Assembly: GCA_964016885.1 (NCBI GenBank)
Contig: OZ024761.1
Coordinates: 19,406,001-19,470,000, forward strand
From: Eledone cirrhosa
Lineage: Eukaryota
Length of the DNA: 64,000 nt
Direction: 5' to 3'
Shown: positions 1-15,100 of the stretch, piece after piece
Position numbering within the stretch: the first letter of the stretch is position 1
Layout: each line of letters begins with the position of its first letter
Position numbers and translations under genes: made by a program
Notes under the pieces: model-generated
The model's database searches: none
Seen by the model: only the letters and a program-made list of their open reading frames with translations
What the model was told of the DNA's origin: nothing

Positions 1-571
1 TTTAAAGGATTATCTAGGATTACAAGCTCTAACGTTTCCGTCCGTCCGTTCCTTACTTGTGAGACTAAGTATAAGGTGTGATTTCAGCAAGATTTCGTTG
101 TTGTATCTAGCATGTCAAGAGATAACAGTGTGTACAAATTAAAAAAAGTTCTACACTCCAATATTAGTATAAGTATAAGAAGTGAATAATACAATACACA
201 CACACACAGACACACAGACACAGACACACACACAGACACATACACACACACATACACACACACAGCTAGATAGATAGATAGATGTGTGTGTATGTGTATA
301 TATAGCATGTCAAGAGATAACAGTGTGTACAAATTAAAAAAGTTCTACATTCCAATATTAGTATAAGTGTACTGAATGAATAATACAATACACATACACA
401 CACACACACATATATTATATATATATATATACACATAGATATATAGATAGATAGATGTATATATATGGATGTATATTTATCTATCTATCTCTCTATATAT
501 ATTGCCCATTGTTGTCTTATGTTATAAGGTCATACTCTGTTTATGTCAATATCTTAACACCAAATATTGTA

Positions 572-628
572 TTCTATCTGAAGAAAGCATACTATATTCT
601 AGTATCCTTGAAATATGTATAATGAGAT
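572..628 (+). ncRNA. Minimal type-I hammerhead ribozyme motif
   Basis: TTCTAT-CTGAAGA-AAGcATACTA(tattc)TAGTATcCTT-GAAA-TATGTA-TA-ATGAGA. Intact CUGANGA/GAAA core, long stem II, imperfect stem I; same family as the 17405 and 21920 motifs. Confidence 0.6.
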
Positions 629-666
629 AAATATGTTGTTATAAAGATATTTTCCATTTATTAATA

Positions 667-783
<117 letters not shown>

Positions 784-2059
784 GCCTGAAGAATGTATAG
801 CTGAAAAATCTGTACTCTATCTAAGTTCAAATCAGAGTCAATCCATGAAACTTAATTTAATAATGTATAAAGATCATATATATATATATATATGGAAATT
901 ATATATATGTTTATGTGTATAATATATATATATATAATACTTATCTAGATAGATGTGTTTATATATATAAATGTGTGTATGTATGTATATATATTTGTGT
1001 ATATATAATATTTAACACACACACACACGTGTGTGTGTGTGTGTATATATATATATGTGTGTGTGTATATATACATGTGTACGTGTATGTATATATGTGT
1101 GTGTCCCCTGTAATCTATCCATCAGTATTTATTTTCTCCCAACAAAATAAATCATCTTCTCCACAAGTGAAGAAGGGAACTCATGGAATGGGTCCCTGAC
1201 TCTAGTCTCAAGCCAGTGTCTGCTACAGATAATATTGGATTCTTCACTCTTTCCTCCTCTCCTTCCTTCTTCCCTCTTATTCTATCTCTACTGCCTTCTC
1301 CCTCCCTCCCTCCTCTATCTCTATGACCTTCTCACCCTCCCTCCTTCTCTATTACCTTCTCCCCCCTCCCTCTACATCTATCTCTGGTCACAACCTCTTC
1401 CTCCTCCTCCTCCCTCGCTGTCTTTACAACTACTATTACCACCACCACCTCTGCTTATACTATGATCACAAACAACACCACCACCACCACCACCACTCTC
1501 CCCAGTTTTACTACTACTACTACTACTACTACTCTCCAGAATTTTACTACTACTACTACTACTACTACTGCCACCACTACAACCACTCTCCCCAGTTTTA
1601 CTACTACTACTACTACTACTATTATATTTGCCTTTATTACTCTTACCACCACCACCTCTGCCTTTCCTACTACTACCACCTAGCTGCCTATACTACAATC
1701 ACAAACACCACCAACACCCTGGCTCCACTACAACCACTACCATTAACACCTCACCTCTACTACAAAGACCACTTATTCCTTACACCACCAACACCTCTGT
1801 CATCCTTGTCTCTGCCTCCACCATCACCACCATCACTCTGCCTCTACTATCACCACCATCACTCTGCCTCTACCATCACCACCATCTATTCCTTTTCTCT
1901 CACTACCTCCCCCATCACCAACACTCCCCCATATTTTCCCCACCTTGACTACTACCAACACCACCACTGTCTCTATTACATTTTCTACCAACCCAACACC
2001 TATACTACTTCCACTATAATCAACACCAATATCTCCATCCCTCGCACTACTGCCAGTAT

Positions 2060-4065
2060 CAACACCACCTCATGTCATCTGTTCCACTTGTTCAACAGTC
2101 TCTAAACACCACCAACCCCTCATGTCATCTTTTATACTGTTCAACACTTTCTAAACACCACCAACCCCTCATGTCATCTTTTCCACTGTTCAACACTCTC
2201 TAAACATCACCAACACCTCATGTCATCTTTTCCACTGTTCAACAGTCTCTAAACACCACCAACACCTCATGTCATCTTTTACACTGTTCCACAGTCTCTA
2301 AACACCACCAACACATCAAGTCACCTGTTCCAATGTTCAACACTCTCTAAACACCAGCAACACCTCAAGTCATCTGTTCCAATGTTCAACACTCTCTAAA
2401 CACCACCAACCCCTCATGCCATCTTTTCCACTGTTCAACAGTCTTTAAACACCACCAACACCTCATGTCATCTGTTCCAATGTTCAACAGTCTTTAAACA
2501 CCACCAACACCTCACGCCATCTTTTCCACTGTTCAACAGTCTTTAAACACCACCAACACCTCATGTCATCTGTTCCACTGTTCAACACTCTCGAAACACC
2601 ACCAACCCCTCATGTCATCTGTTCCACTGTTCAACACTCTCTAAACACCACCAACACCCCATGTCATCTTTTCCACTGTTCAACAGTCTTTAAACACCAC
2701 CAACATCTCATGTCATCTGTTCCACTGTTCAACACTCTCTAAACACCACCAACCCCTCATGTCATCTGTTCCACTGTTCAACAGTCTCTAAACACCACCA
2801 ACCCCTCAAGTCATCTTTTCCACTGTTCAACACTCTCTAAACACCACCAACACCCCATGTCATCTTTTCCACTGTTCAACAGTCTTTAAACACCACCAAC
2901 ACCTCATGTCATCTGTTCCACTGTTCAACACTCTCTAAACACCACCAACCCCTCATGTCATCTGTTCCACTGTTCAACACTCTCTAAACACCACCAACCC
3001 CTCATGTCATCTGTTCCACTGTTCAACACTCTCTAAACACCACCAACACCTCATGCCATCTTTTCCAATGTTCAACAGTCTTTAAACACCACCAACCCCT
3101 CATGTCATCTGTTCCACTGTTCAACACTCTCTAAACACCACCAACACCTCATGTCATCTTTTACACTGTTCCACAGTCTCTAAACACCTCAAGTCACCTG
3201 TTCCAATGTTCAACACTCTCTAAACACCACCAACACCTCAAGTCATCTGTTCCACTGTTCAACACTCTCTAAACACCACCAACCCCTCATGTCATCTGTT
3301 CCACTGTTCAACACTCTCTAAACACCACCAACCCCTCATGTCATCTGTTCCACTGTTCAACACTCTCTAAACACCACCAACACCTCATGCCATCTTTTCC
3401 AATGTTCAACAGTCTTTAAACACCACCAACACCTCATGTCATCTGTTCCACTGTTCAACACTCTCTAAACACCACCAACCCCTCATGTCATCTGTTCCAC
3501 TGTTCAACAGTCTTTAAACACCACCAACCCCTCATGTCATCTGTTCCACTGTTCAACACTCTCTAAACACCAGCAACACCTCAAGTCATCTTTTCCACTG
3601 TTCCACAGTCTCTAAACACCACCAACCCCTCATGTCATCTGTTCCACTGTTCAACAGTCTCTAAACACCAGCAACACCTCAAGTCATCTTTTCCACTGTT
3701 CCACAGTCTCTAAACACCACCAACCCCTCATGTCATCTGTTCCACTGTTCAACAGTCTCTAAACACCAGCAACACCTCAAGTCATCTTTTCCACTGTTCC
3801 ACAGTCTCTAAACACCACCAACCCCTCATGTCATCTGTTCCACTGTTCAACAGTCTCTAAACACCAGCAACACCTCAAGTCATCTTTTCCACTGTTCAAC
3901 ACTCTCGAAACACCACCAACCCCTCATGTCATCTGTTCCACTGTTCAACACTCTCTAAACACCACCAACACCCCATGTCATCTTTTCCACTGTTCAACAG
4001 TCTTTAAACACCACCAACATCTCATGTCATCTGTTCCACTGTTCAACACTCTCTAAACACCCACC
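2060..4065. repeat. 49-bp minisatellite, ~40 copies
   Basis: Unit AAACACCACCAACMCCTCATGTCATCTKTTCCACTGTTCAACASTCTCT, period 49 (e.g. TAAAC at 2103 and 2152). Confidence 0.95.
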
Positions 4066-5469
4066 ATGTCCTGTTCTTAACTTATTTAGTATTTACTTAA
4101 TCCGTTTAAGCTTGGGCTGTGTAAAGCTAGTAAATCATGACAGATTAGGGTTTCTAATATATATATATATAGGTGTGTGTATGTGTGTGTGTATACTGGA
4201 TGTCCCAAAAAATGTATTTTCACTTTGATTACCTGCACAGGCAATATTTATTAGAATACTGTTGAAGTGTGTATACATTTTTATATATATATATATATAT
4301 GAAGAAAAAAAAAGAGAAGAATCAAAAAGAAAGTAAAAGCTCTAAAAGGGAGGAGAAGGGGATGAAAGGAGAGATAAAAATCTGTTAAATGTTTCTGTTG
4401 TTAAATCTATAGCCTTCCTCAATTGAAAGATCGTATTTATGGTTGGTGGTGGGAGATCCTTCAAAATTTATTGCAACTTGCTAAGCCATTTTTTTTTAAA
4501 GGCCAGGTTTTACATGCCCCTTTACCCACCATTCTTTCTCTCCCTCTCTTTACAGCTTGTCCATCTACCCCCCACTCTCTCACTCTCCCTCTCTTTACAG
4601 CTTGTCCATCTACCCCCCCCCACTCTCTCTCCTCTCTTTACAGCTTGTCCATCTACCTCTCATTCTCTCTCTCTCTCTTTCTACCCCCCACTCTCTCATT
4701 CTATCCCCCACTCTCTCATTCTACCCCCCACTCTCTCAGTTTTTACACCTCGTCCTTTATCTCCCATTCTCTCTCTCTCTCTCTCTCGACCATTTATCTC
4801 CTATTCTCTCTCTTTACTCCTTATCCATTTACCTCCCATTCTCTCCCTCTCCACCTTGTCCTTCTACCTCATATTCTCTCTCCACTAGTCTACCTCTCTC
4901 TTTCTCCACCAACTGTTCTCTCCCTCTCTCTCCATCCACTAGTCTACCTCTCTTTTTCTCCACCAACTGTTTTCTCCCTCTCTCTCTCTCTCCATCCACT
5001 AGTCTACCTCTCTTTTTCTCCACCAACTGTTTTCTCCCTCTCTCTCTCTCTCTCCATCCACTAGTCTACCTCTCTCTTTCTCCACCAACTGTTCTCTCCC
5101 TCTCCTTACCCACATTTCTCTCTGTTTTTACACCATATTCCTTTACCTCTCATTCGCTCTCCCCACCCACCTTTCTCTCTCTCTCTCTCTCAGATTGGTA
5201 CATCACTGTTTCCCTTACTAATACCCTGCCTGTGTTCAGGTACGATATAATACACTGCCCTAAAAAAAAAGAGAGAAACTGTCGAGATGGGTGGCAAAGT
5301 GGAAAGACTAGACAGGTGGGGAGGGTGGAGAGAGAGAGAGAAAGAGGGAGACAGGAGGGGAGGGTGGAGAGAAAGAGGGAGACAGGAGGGGAGGGGAAAC
5401 TCTACCTTCCAAACTCAGGTGCTTTGTTTTTACCTCCTTTTTTCAACAACAGTTGTTATAACCAAGATC

Positions 5470-6270
5470 TTACTGTTGCTGTTGGTAATGTTGGTGGTGT
5501 TGGTGTTGGTGCTGTTAGTGTTGGAAGTGGTGGTGGTGGTGGTACTGTTGGTGGTGCTGTTGGTGTTGGTGGTGTTGGTGTTGGTGCTGTTGGTAATGTT
5601 GGTGGTGTTGGTGTTGGTGCTGTTAGTGTTGGCGGTGGTGGAAGTGAAGATGTTGGTGGTGGTGGTACTGTTGGTGGTGTTGTTGGTGCTGTTGGTGTTG
5701 CTGTTGGTAATGGTGTTGGTGTTGGTAGTGTTGGCGGTGGTGGAAGTGGTGATGTTGGTGGTGGTGGTAGTACTGTTGGTGGTGTTGGTGGTGGTGTTGG
5801 TGCTGTTAGTGTTGGTGGTGGTAATGTTGTTGGTGTTGGTGCTGTTAGTGTTGGCGGTGGTGGAAGTGGTGATGTTGGTGGTGGTGGTAGTACTGTTGGT
5901 GGTGATGGTGGTGGTGGTGGTGGTGGTGGTAGTACTGTTGGTGGTGTTGTTGGTGCTGTTAGTGTTTGTGGTGGTGTTGATAGTGCTGTTGGTGATGATG
6001 TTTGTGGTGGTGTTGATAGTGCTGTTGGTGATGATGTTTGTGGTGGTGTTGATAGTGCTGTTGGTGATGATGTTTGTGGTGGTGTTGATAGTGCTGTTGG
6101 TGATGATGTTTGTGGTGGTGTTGATAGTGCTGTTGGTGATGATGGTTGTGGTGGTGTTGGTGATGATGTTTGTGGCAGTGTTGCTGCTGTTGGTGCTGTT
6201 CTTGTTTGTGCAGCTTCTAATGTTGTTGTTGTTGTTGTTGTGGTTGTTGTTGTTGTTGTTGTGGTTGTTA
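5470..6270. repeat. (GGT/GTT)n-derived low-complexity tract with 36-bp sub-repeats
   Basis: Trinucleotide-derived sequence; source of the spurious poly-V/G/T ORFs. Confidence 0.9.
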
Positions 6271-6411
6271 TTTGGCGTTTCCAAGATTTCTTGTTAAAAA
6301 TCTTCTCTCCAGCGACCTAGTTCTTGGTTATGACCAACTCTGAGAAGCAGTCTGTCATGAAGGCGGCTTGAACTCCCGTATTCAATGAGGTTGTAAGGTC
6401 GCACGTGTATC

Positions 6412-6473
<62 letters not shown>

Positions 6474-6503
6474 ATATATATTATATATATATATGTATAT
6501 ATA

Positions 6504-6579
6504 CAGGGTGTCCCAAAAATGTATACACACTTCAACAGCATTCTAATCAAAGTGTGTATACATTTTTTGGGACACCCTT
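6504..6579. mobile_element. Tiny Tc1/mariner-type hairpin MITE
   Basis: TA-CAGGGTGTCCCAAAAATGTATACACACTT...AAGTGTGTATACATTTTTTGGGACACCCT. Related degenerate copies at ~4196-4282, ~17170-17205 and ~18070-18143. Confidence 0.65.
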
Positions 6580-6757
6580 TATACACACACAAACACACAC
6601 ATATATACACATGTATATATGTATACATACACATACACACACACATATATATACATACATATATATATACATATAAATACATATATATATATACATACAT
6701 ACATATATATATACAATTAACAACAAAGAGCGCTTAGAACATAGGTATATCTTTAAT

Positions 6758-6803
6758 TGCTAACAGTGTTTCGTCCACACTAGAAGTGGGACTCTTCAGA
6801 GCA
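6758..6803 (-). ncRNA. Minimal type-I hammerhead ribozyme motif
   Basis: Reverse complement reads TGCT-CTGAAGA-GTCCCAC(ttcta)GTGtGGAC-GAAA-CACTG-TT-AGCA. Core intact, stem II GTCC/GGAC plus CAC/GTG, stem I TGCT/AGCA, predicted GUU site. Confidence 0.7.
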
Positions 6804-6985
6804 TAAAGAGTAAATACAAAGTGTACAAGCATTGACAAAGCCAAAACAGAAGAATACAGAAGAATATATTGAGCTAACCATATACTGTCTATTTGATAAG
6901 TGGAGTCTTACACACTCCCAATTCTCTCCCCTTATATACATATATATAATATATAATATATATGTATACATATATACATATGTAC

Positions 6986-7022
<37 letters not shown>

Positions 7023-7075
7023 CATATATACATATGTACATATATACACATTATATATTATATATATATATATAC

Positions 7076-7112
<37 letters not shown>

Positions 7113-7143
7113 TATATATATATATATATATACATTATATATA

Positions 7144-7222
<79 letters not shown>

Positions 7223-7227
7223 TATAT

Positions 7228-7267
<40 letters not shown>

Positions 7268-7331
7268 TATATACAGATATATATATACATATAGATATAT
7301 ACACATATATACAATATATATATATATACAC

Positions 7332-7372
<41 letters not shown>

Positions 7373-7905
7373 TATACATATATATATATATATACATACA
7401 CATATATATATATATACATATATGCCATTTTCTGTCTAAATGTTAAGTTATTAGAGACGCGGTTTTCCGTTTGTGTTCTCTCCATTAATCGTGGTGGGGG
7501 ATGGTAGATGTGAGGATGATGGGGAGGGGGGTGTCTGACAATTTTCGTTTGTTTTTCGACCTACCCCCACCCCACATCTCCACCCTCTCTCTCTCCTTCT
7601 AGTTCTTCATCTTTCCTTCTCTGTTGTATCTTTTATTCCTTATTTTTTCTTTCTCTACCATTTTCTCCTTCCGAGGATTTCTCTCGTTCTGTCTTCTCAC
7701 GTTTTCTTTTTTCGTTGCCATTTCTCTCTCTTTCATATTATTAACTCTATCTTCCATTTTCCTCTAATTTTCCAACCCCTTTCTCTTCTCTTTTTCTCTT
7801 CACACTATTTAAATCATCTTCATTTTATGTAATTAAACAATCAGACACATAGATATATAGATATATATATAGTCATACACACACATAAACACAAGCGCAT
7901 GCACG

Positions 7906-7956
<51 letters not shown>

Positions 7957-7969
7957 TTCTACACACATA

Positions 7970-9262
7970 TATATAGTTCTACATGCACACACACACATAT
8001 ATATACATAGAGTTCTACACACATATATATAGTTCATGCACACACACTTATATAGTTCTACACAACACACACATATATATATACATAGAGTTCTACACAC
8101 ATATATATAGTTCATGCACACACACTTATATAGTTCTACACAACACACACACACATATATATACATAGAGTTCTACACACATATATATAGTTCATGCACA
8201 CACACTTATATAGTTCTACACAACACACACACACATATATATACATAGAGTTCTACACACATATATATATAGTTTATGCACACACACTTATATAGTTCTA
8301 CACACACATATATATACATAGAGTTCTACACACATATATATAGTTCTACACAACACACACACACATATATATATATATAGTTCTACACACACATAAATAT
8401 AGTTCATGCACACACACTTATATAGTTCTACACAACACACACACACACATATATATACATAGAGTTCTACACACACATATATATAGTTCATGCACACACA
8501 CATATAGTTCTACACAACACACACATATATATATACATAGAGTTCTACACACACATATATATAGTTCATGCACACACACTTATATAGTTCTACACAACAC
8601 ACACACACATATATATACATAGAGTTCTACACACATATATACAGTTCATGCACACACACTTATATAGTTCTACACAACACACACACACATATATATACAT
8701 AGAGTTCTACACACATATATATAGTTCATGCACACACACTTATATAGTTCTACACAACACACACACACATATATATACATAGAGTTCTACACACATATAT
8801 ACAGTTCATGCACACACACTTATATAGTTCTACACAACACACACACACATATATACATAGAGTTCTACACACATATATATATAGTTCATGCACACACACT
8901 TATATAGTTCTACACAACACACACACATATATATATATATAGTTCTACACAACACACACACACATATATATATATATAGTTCTACACAACACACACACAT
9001 ATATATATATATATAGTTCTACACAACACACACACACATATATATATATAGTTCTACACAACACACACACACATATATATACATAGAGTTCTACACACAT
9101 ATATATAGTTCATGCACACACACTTATATAGTTCTACACAACACACACACACATATATATACATAGAGTTCTACACACATATATATAGTTCATGCACACA
9201 CACTTATATAGTTCTACACAACACACACACACATATATATATATATAGTTCTACACAACACA
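7970..9262. repeat. Compound ~70-bp minisatellite with variable (CA)n/(TA)n
   Basis: Repeated GTTCTACACAC(AT)nAGTTCATGCACACACACTTATATAGTTCTACACAAC(AC)n units. Confidence 0.9.
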
Positions 9263-11129
9263 TATATACATATGTGTATATATTTATGTATGTATATATA
9301 TAATTCTACCATATTCCTCTTCAGTATACTCCAGTTCATTCTCCTATTTCATGTCTTTTTTTCTATCTCAATCTTTGGTCTCTGTCTCTCTCTCGCCCAC
9401 CCCCACACTTACTTCTCTCTCTCTCTCTCTGTTTCCTCCCTCTTATCTATTATGTCTCTCTCTCTCTCCATCACCACCACCACCATCATCATCTTTTTGT
9501 CTCAAATTACTCATCGTCTCTCTCCTTCTCCCTTTCTCTCTAAATGTTTCTACAGAAATATTACTTTTCATTTTCCTTCCTTCTCCCAAACACAGTTACC
9601 TCCCCTTTCCTTCCTTCCTCCTTCCCGTCGACACACACATGTACATATATATATATACATATATTTACATACACGCACACACACACATATATTTACACAT
9701 AAACACTTATATTTACAAATAGATGCCTAGCTTACCAAATGTATGTGTGTATATAATATATATACACGCATTTGCTCACTACCGCTACACACACACACAC
9801 ATACACACATATATGCACACATTTGTTCAGCACTACACTGCCGCACTCACACGCACACCTCCACTTGCACACACGTATGCATATTTACCACCACTGTAAT
9901 CACCACCACTACAACCATCCCCACGATAACCACCACCACCACCACCACTACAACCATCACCAACATCACCAGCTTCACCACCACCACTACCACTACAACC
10001 ACCACCAACATCACCAGCTTCACCACCACCACCACTACTATAACTACCCCTACTATAATCACCACCACCACAACCATCACCACCACCTTCACCACCACCA
10101 CCACTACTATAACTACCCCTACTATAATAATCACCACCACCACAACCATCACCACCACTAAGACTACACCTACTATAACCACCACCACCACCATAACAAC
10201 TACCTCCACCACCACCATCACTACAACTACCCCACCCCACTATAACCTCACCTCCACCACCACCACCACCACCACTACAACCACCACCAACATCACCAGC
10301 TTCACCACCACCACTACTATAACTACCCCTACTATAAACACCACCAGCACCAATACAACCATCGCCACCACTAAGACTACACCTACTATAACCACCACCA
10401 CAACAGCTACCTCCACCACCACCATCACTACAACTACCCCACCCCACTATAACCTCACCTCCACCACCACCACCACCACCACTATTACACCTATCCACAC
10501 CCGATAGAAAACCCAGCAATTGTCACCATCTCAACCGATTGCAAAAAAGAGGAGAGAGAGAGAGAGTGTGTGTGTGAGAGAGAGAGGAGAGAGTGTGTGT
10601 GACGGAGAGGGAAAGAAAGAGGAGACGGGGAGAGATAGTGTGTGTGAGAGATGTAAGGAAAGAGAGAGAGGGAGAGGGAGACATAGTGTGGGTGGGGGAG
10701 GTGTCAGGAAAGAAAGAAAGAAAGAAAGGAGATACACATTAGTCACACTTGTTTGTTTTTATTCATATTATGTCTCGACAAGTGCATATATGTATGTATG
10801 TGTACACACATACATACATATACACGTGTGTGTGTTTGTGTACGTACACACACATACACACGTGCGTATGTATGTGTATACGTGCATGCACCCGAACACC
10901 CGCACACTCAATCATATATGTGTGTATGTATATATATATATACATACATGCACAGATAGAGAGCAGTGCTAAAGTGGGATCCTCGGTTGCGTAGAAATAA
11001 ATATATCTATATCTATATATGTGGGTGGGTGTATATATGTGTGTGTGTGTGTGTGTATATATGTGTGTGCTTGTGTGTGTATATATATATATGGTTGTGC
11101 TTGTGTGTATATATATGTATGTATCTATT

Positions 11130-11160
<31 letters not shown>

Positions 11161-11774
11161 GGGGTGTGCTTGTGTGTATATATATGTATGTATCTATTAC
11201 ACACACATACACACACACATATATATATATATATATGGGTGTGCTTGTGTGTATATATATGTATGTATCTATTACACACACACACATACACATACATATA
11301 TATATGTATATAAGTGTGGTGTGTAATAGATACAGACGGCTGAACACAAGAAAATAGAGTCTAGTAATACAATCTACTAAACATGCAAGGCAAGGACGGG
11401 TAAACACGCAAAATACACCAAGAAGTACAAATATTTGTATTTTATATATATGTGTGTGTAGGCGGTATACCGGGCGAAACATATGTAAAATGTAATAAAT
11501 ATATATATGATGCAACACTGATTCTTTGTTCCTTATATATTAATACTATATATATATATATATATTGTTATATTTGGGGAGGGTCATATTGTTATAATAT
11601 AATGCCAGAAATAATAATAAAACACACTCACTGTTTGGTTTAGATTGGTTTTCGCTTCTGTATCTTTTAAATCTCCATAGTTAATTTATCTGGCACTCAG
11701 TGTTTATCATTGATTGACCAACGGTTAAAAATACAGATACAAATATATATATATATATGTATATATAATCTGTC

Positions 11775-11815
11775 AAAGTTCTTTCGTCACACATCTGTGA
11801 CATCATCAGTGGTAG
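11775..11815 (-). ncRNA. Degenerate hammerhead-like motif (Penelope pLTR type)
   Basis: Reverse complement reads CTGATGA-T-GTCAC(agatgt)GTGAC-GAAA; stem I is weak. Confidence 0.4.
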
Positions 11816-11857
11816 TATTATTTCCTCTCGTTGTATTGTAATGTCTACGCCATTTAC

Positions 11858-11990
<133 letters not shown>

Positions 11991-12126
11991 ACCACCACCA
12001 CCACCACCACCACCACCACCACACACAAATGTGATGAATCAAAACACCATATATGTTTGATTTTTGTGTTTCTCAATAAACATCCTCAATATAGACTTTG
12101 TCCAGAGCTATAACAATTGAAATGTA

Positions 12127-12191
<65 letters not shown>

Positions 12192-12289
12192 GAGAAGGAA
12201 CCATATATCTGAGAGAATACACAATAATGTATATATACAAAGCACATATTTCAAAGGAAAATATGTGCGCTAGATGGAATACACATATC

Positions 12290-12480
12290 TTTTACATTTT
12301 AGGCACTTTTCCCAATTCCACCCCGCCCGACCCTCCAATCTATGTAATTTCTCATTCTTTCTTCTGATGAAGGACTAGCGCCAGAAATGTCAAGACCCTT
12401 TTCCTGCTATTTCAAGCGTTAACCTAATATATTCCTTCCATGTACTGTACCGATTGTGTTGTTATTTCTGTTTACCTTTT
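12290..12480 (+). mobile_element. Penelope-like pLTR remnant with degenerate hammerhead motif (12360-12395)
   Basis: TCTT-CTGATGA-AGG(actagcg)CCa-GAAA-TG-TC-AAGA, followed by ...CCTGCTATTTCAAGCGTTAACCTAATATATT. A second copy lies on the minus strand at ~41090-41230, with the core mutated to CTCATGA. Confidence 0.5.
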
Positions 12481-13465
12481 AAACACACACATATATCATT
12501 TATGTTAGGTTATATATATATATATAAATATATATATGTGTGTGTGTGTATATATATATATAATGTGCTTATAATAATTGTTTCTAGTTTAGGCACAAGG
12601 CCAGCAATTACTCAGTGCATTACTGGTACTTTATTTTATCGACCACCGTAAGGATGAAAGGCAAAGTCAACTATAATAATTAAAATAACTTGCTGTTGGA
12701 GGACATTCTTCTGGGAAGGAGTCAGTAATTAATTGATTTAGCTTTATAAGCGCATTAAAATTATATACTGGCTCTGCTTGATCCTATCATAGCATTGAGC
12801 TAAAACAACACGTTGTACATGAAGAAAACCTATTCTTTACTCTCATAAATATTAGTATTATTAGAGTTACGGCCCTTTACAATCTGAGTTCAAATCCCGT
12901 CGAGGTTAACTTTGGCTTTCATCCTTACAGAGTCGATACAATAAAGTACCAGTAATGCACTGGGGTTGATTTAATCGACTTTTCCCTCCCACCAAAATTA
13001 CTGGCCTTTATCGACCCTGTAAGGATGAAAGGCACAGCTGACCTCGGCGAGATTTGAACTAAAAACATAAAGGGCCATAACTCTGTAATGATATATACAT
13101 ATATATATATATATATACATGGTGGCTGCCAACTCGTTTTCGAGTACGGCCACTACTTTATATCCATGTAGGAGAACTCCTACCGAAGCGCTGAACGAGT
13201 GTGAGTTCTTAGTCCAGCCAACGACTTGAAAACTCTGGTACAAACACTACACTTGTGACAATTATTGACACATAGTGCTGGGCCCATGGTACCATGTGAC
13301 GACAGGTGCAGAGAGATCTCCAGATACAAAGCAATGCCTGTGCCGTGAAGCTTTTATAGTGAGCAAAGGCACTGCACAAAGCCAGTCCCACTCTCTTAAC
13401 CAAGATGATATTTACCAAAAAGAAGAACAAGTCAACATCATATACATACATACATACATACATAC

Positions 13466-14300
13466 ATGCATGGATACTTGAGGTGTAAAACACAGACCAT
13501 AGAGGGGATAAACCACTCAAAAAGCCTGGCATGGAGTTCCGACAAGTTTATGACATCACACCTTGAGGGATATCTCTATGCAATACAGGAACAAGAACTC
13601 CCTACCAAATATCTGCTGCACAAAAGAGGAGGGCCAGCAGCTGACAATAAGTGTAGGCTATGTAAAACAAAGATCGAGGATGTAAGCCACATTGTTGCCA
13701 GCTGCGAAAGAATGTCATCTCGCTGCTACCTCCCCAAGAGACACGATGGGATAGCTAGAACCATCTGGAATGCACTTCGGAAAACAAAATTAACAACAAA
13801 CGAGGAAGAATATATTGAGACAGATGGCACTAAGGAATACTGGTGGAACCTGAAAATAAAAAATGCCACCAAATTAAAGCACAACCGGCCTGATATTGTT
13901 GTTTGGGACCACACATAGAAAACGTGTTCTGTTGTGGAGATCAGCTGCCCACTTGATGTAAACGTTGTCAGAAAAATACAGGAGAAGGAGGACATCTACG
14001 GACCATTGATGAGGAGTTTACAAATCCAGTATCCAAGATACACCTTTAGCTTCATACCCATCATTATTGGTGCTACGGGTTATATACCAACCCGCTTGGA
14101 CCAAAGTATGACTGAACTTGGATTTGCGGACAAAAAGCGCAGCTCCCTAATTCATAGTCTGCAAATGGCTGCGATAGCTGGCACCTTCAAAATTTGCAAA
14201 ACATTCTTGCGATTCAAGGGATGACAATTTCTTTTCATTTACAACCTTGCCACCAGGAAGGTGGCCGGTCAAAAAAATATACTCGAAATTAAGAGAAAGA
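13466..14300 (+). mobile_element. R4/Dong-like (RLE-type) non-LTR retrotransposon, 3' fragment, pseudogenised
   Basis: EGYLYAIQEQ, CCHC knuckle CRLC-x7-H-x4-C, RHD, NRPDIVVWD...VEISCP...KEDIY (restriction-like endonuclease). In-frame TAG at 13916-13918; 3' end abuts (TACA)n. Confidence 0.85.
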
Positions 14301-14465
14301 GATAATATACATACATACATATATATACATACATATATACATACATATACATATATATACATATATATACATACATATATACATACACATACATATACAC
14401 ATACATACATACATACATACATACATACATACATACATACATACATACATACATACATACATACA

Positions 14466-14497
<32 letters not shown>

Positions 14498-14796
14498 GAT
14501 ACATACATACATATAGATACATACATACATATAGATACATACATACATATAGATACATATATATGTATATATACATATAGATACATACATATATATGTGT
14601 ATATACATATGACAGAGAGAGAGACTTGTGCTCGTATTGAACACGTGAATGTATATTGTAATAAGATACCAGGCGGCAGCCGTTGACTCACCAGTTATCG
14701 ATTAGTAAAGTGAAATACAATAATTGATTGGTGGATACAGAATTAAGGATCGGTAGGGAGATAAATGGATGGGAGTAAATCAATAGGCCAATAGAG

Positions 14797-14851
<55 letters not shown>

Positions 14852-15100
14852 GATATGTTGATCCCGAGTTGAGTCGGAGATAACCACAGTAAATAAGGTA
14901 CTCAATACATGTGTAAAGTAACAACAGAGGTTTATATAAAAAGCCTTTTCTGTGCACCCTCTCCTCTCTCTCTATTATTGGTCTTATTCTTGTTGACCGT
15001 TGCTTCTGTTGGTATAAGTGACCGCCTGATATACCTCCAGGCTAGAGACAGACTTTTTTAGACTCTAAGAAAATTACTCAGCCTGCATTTCCGTCTAGAC

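Noticed and set aside
4557-6320. 587-aa Gly/Val-rich ORF (structural protein-like)
   Set aside because: Made of (CT)n and (GGT/GTT)n microsatellites that are open in several frames on both strands; no credible start or signal.
9743-10519. Mucin-like Thr-rich or Gly-rich ORFs (also at 19055-19978, 24461-25360 and 30707-31714)
   Set aside because: (ACC)n/(GGT)n trinucleotide expansions in introns or intergenic DNA.
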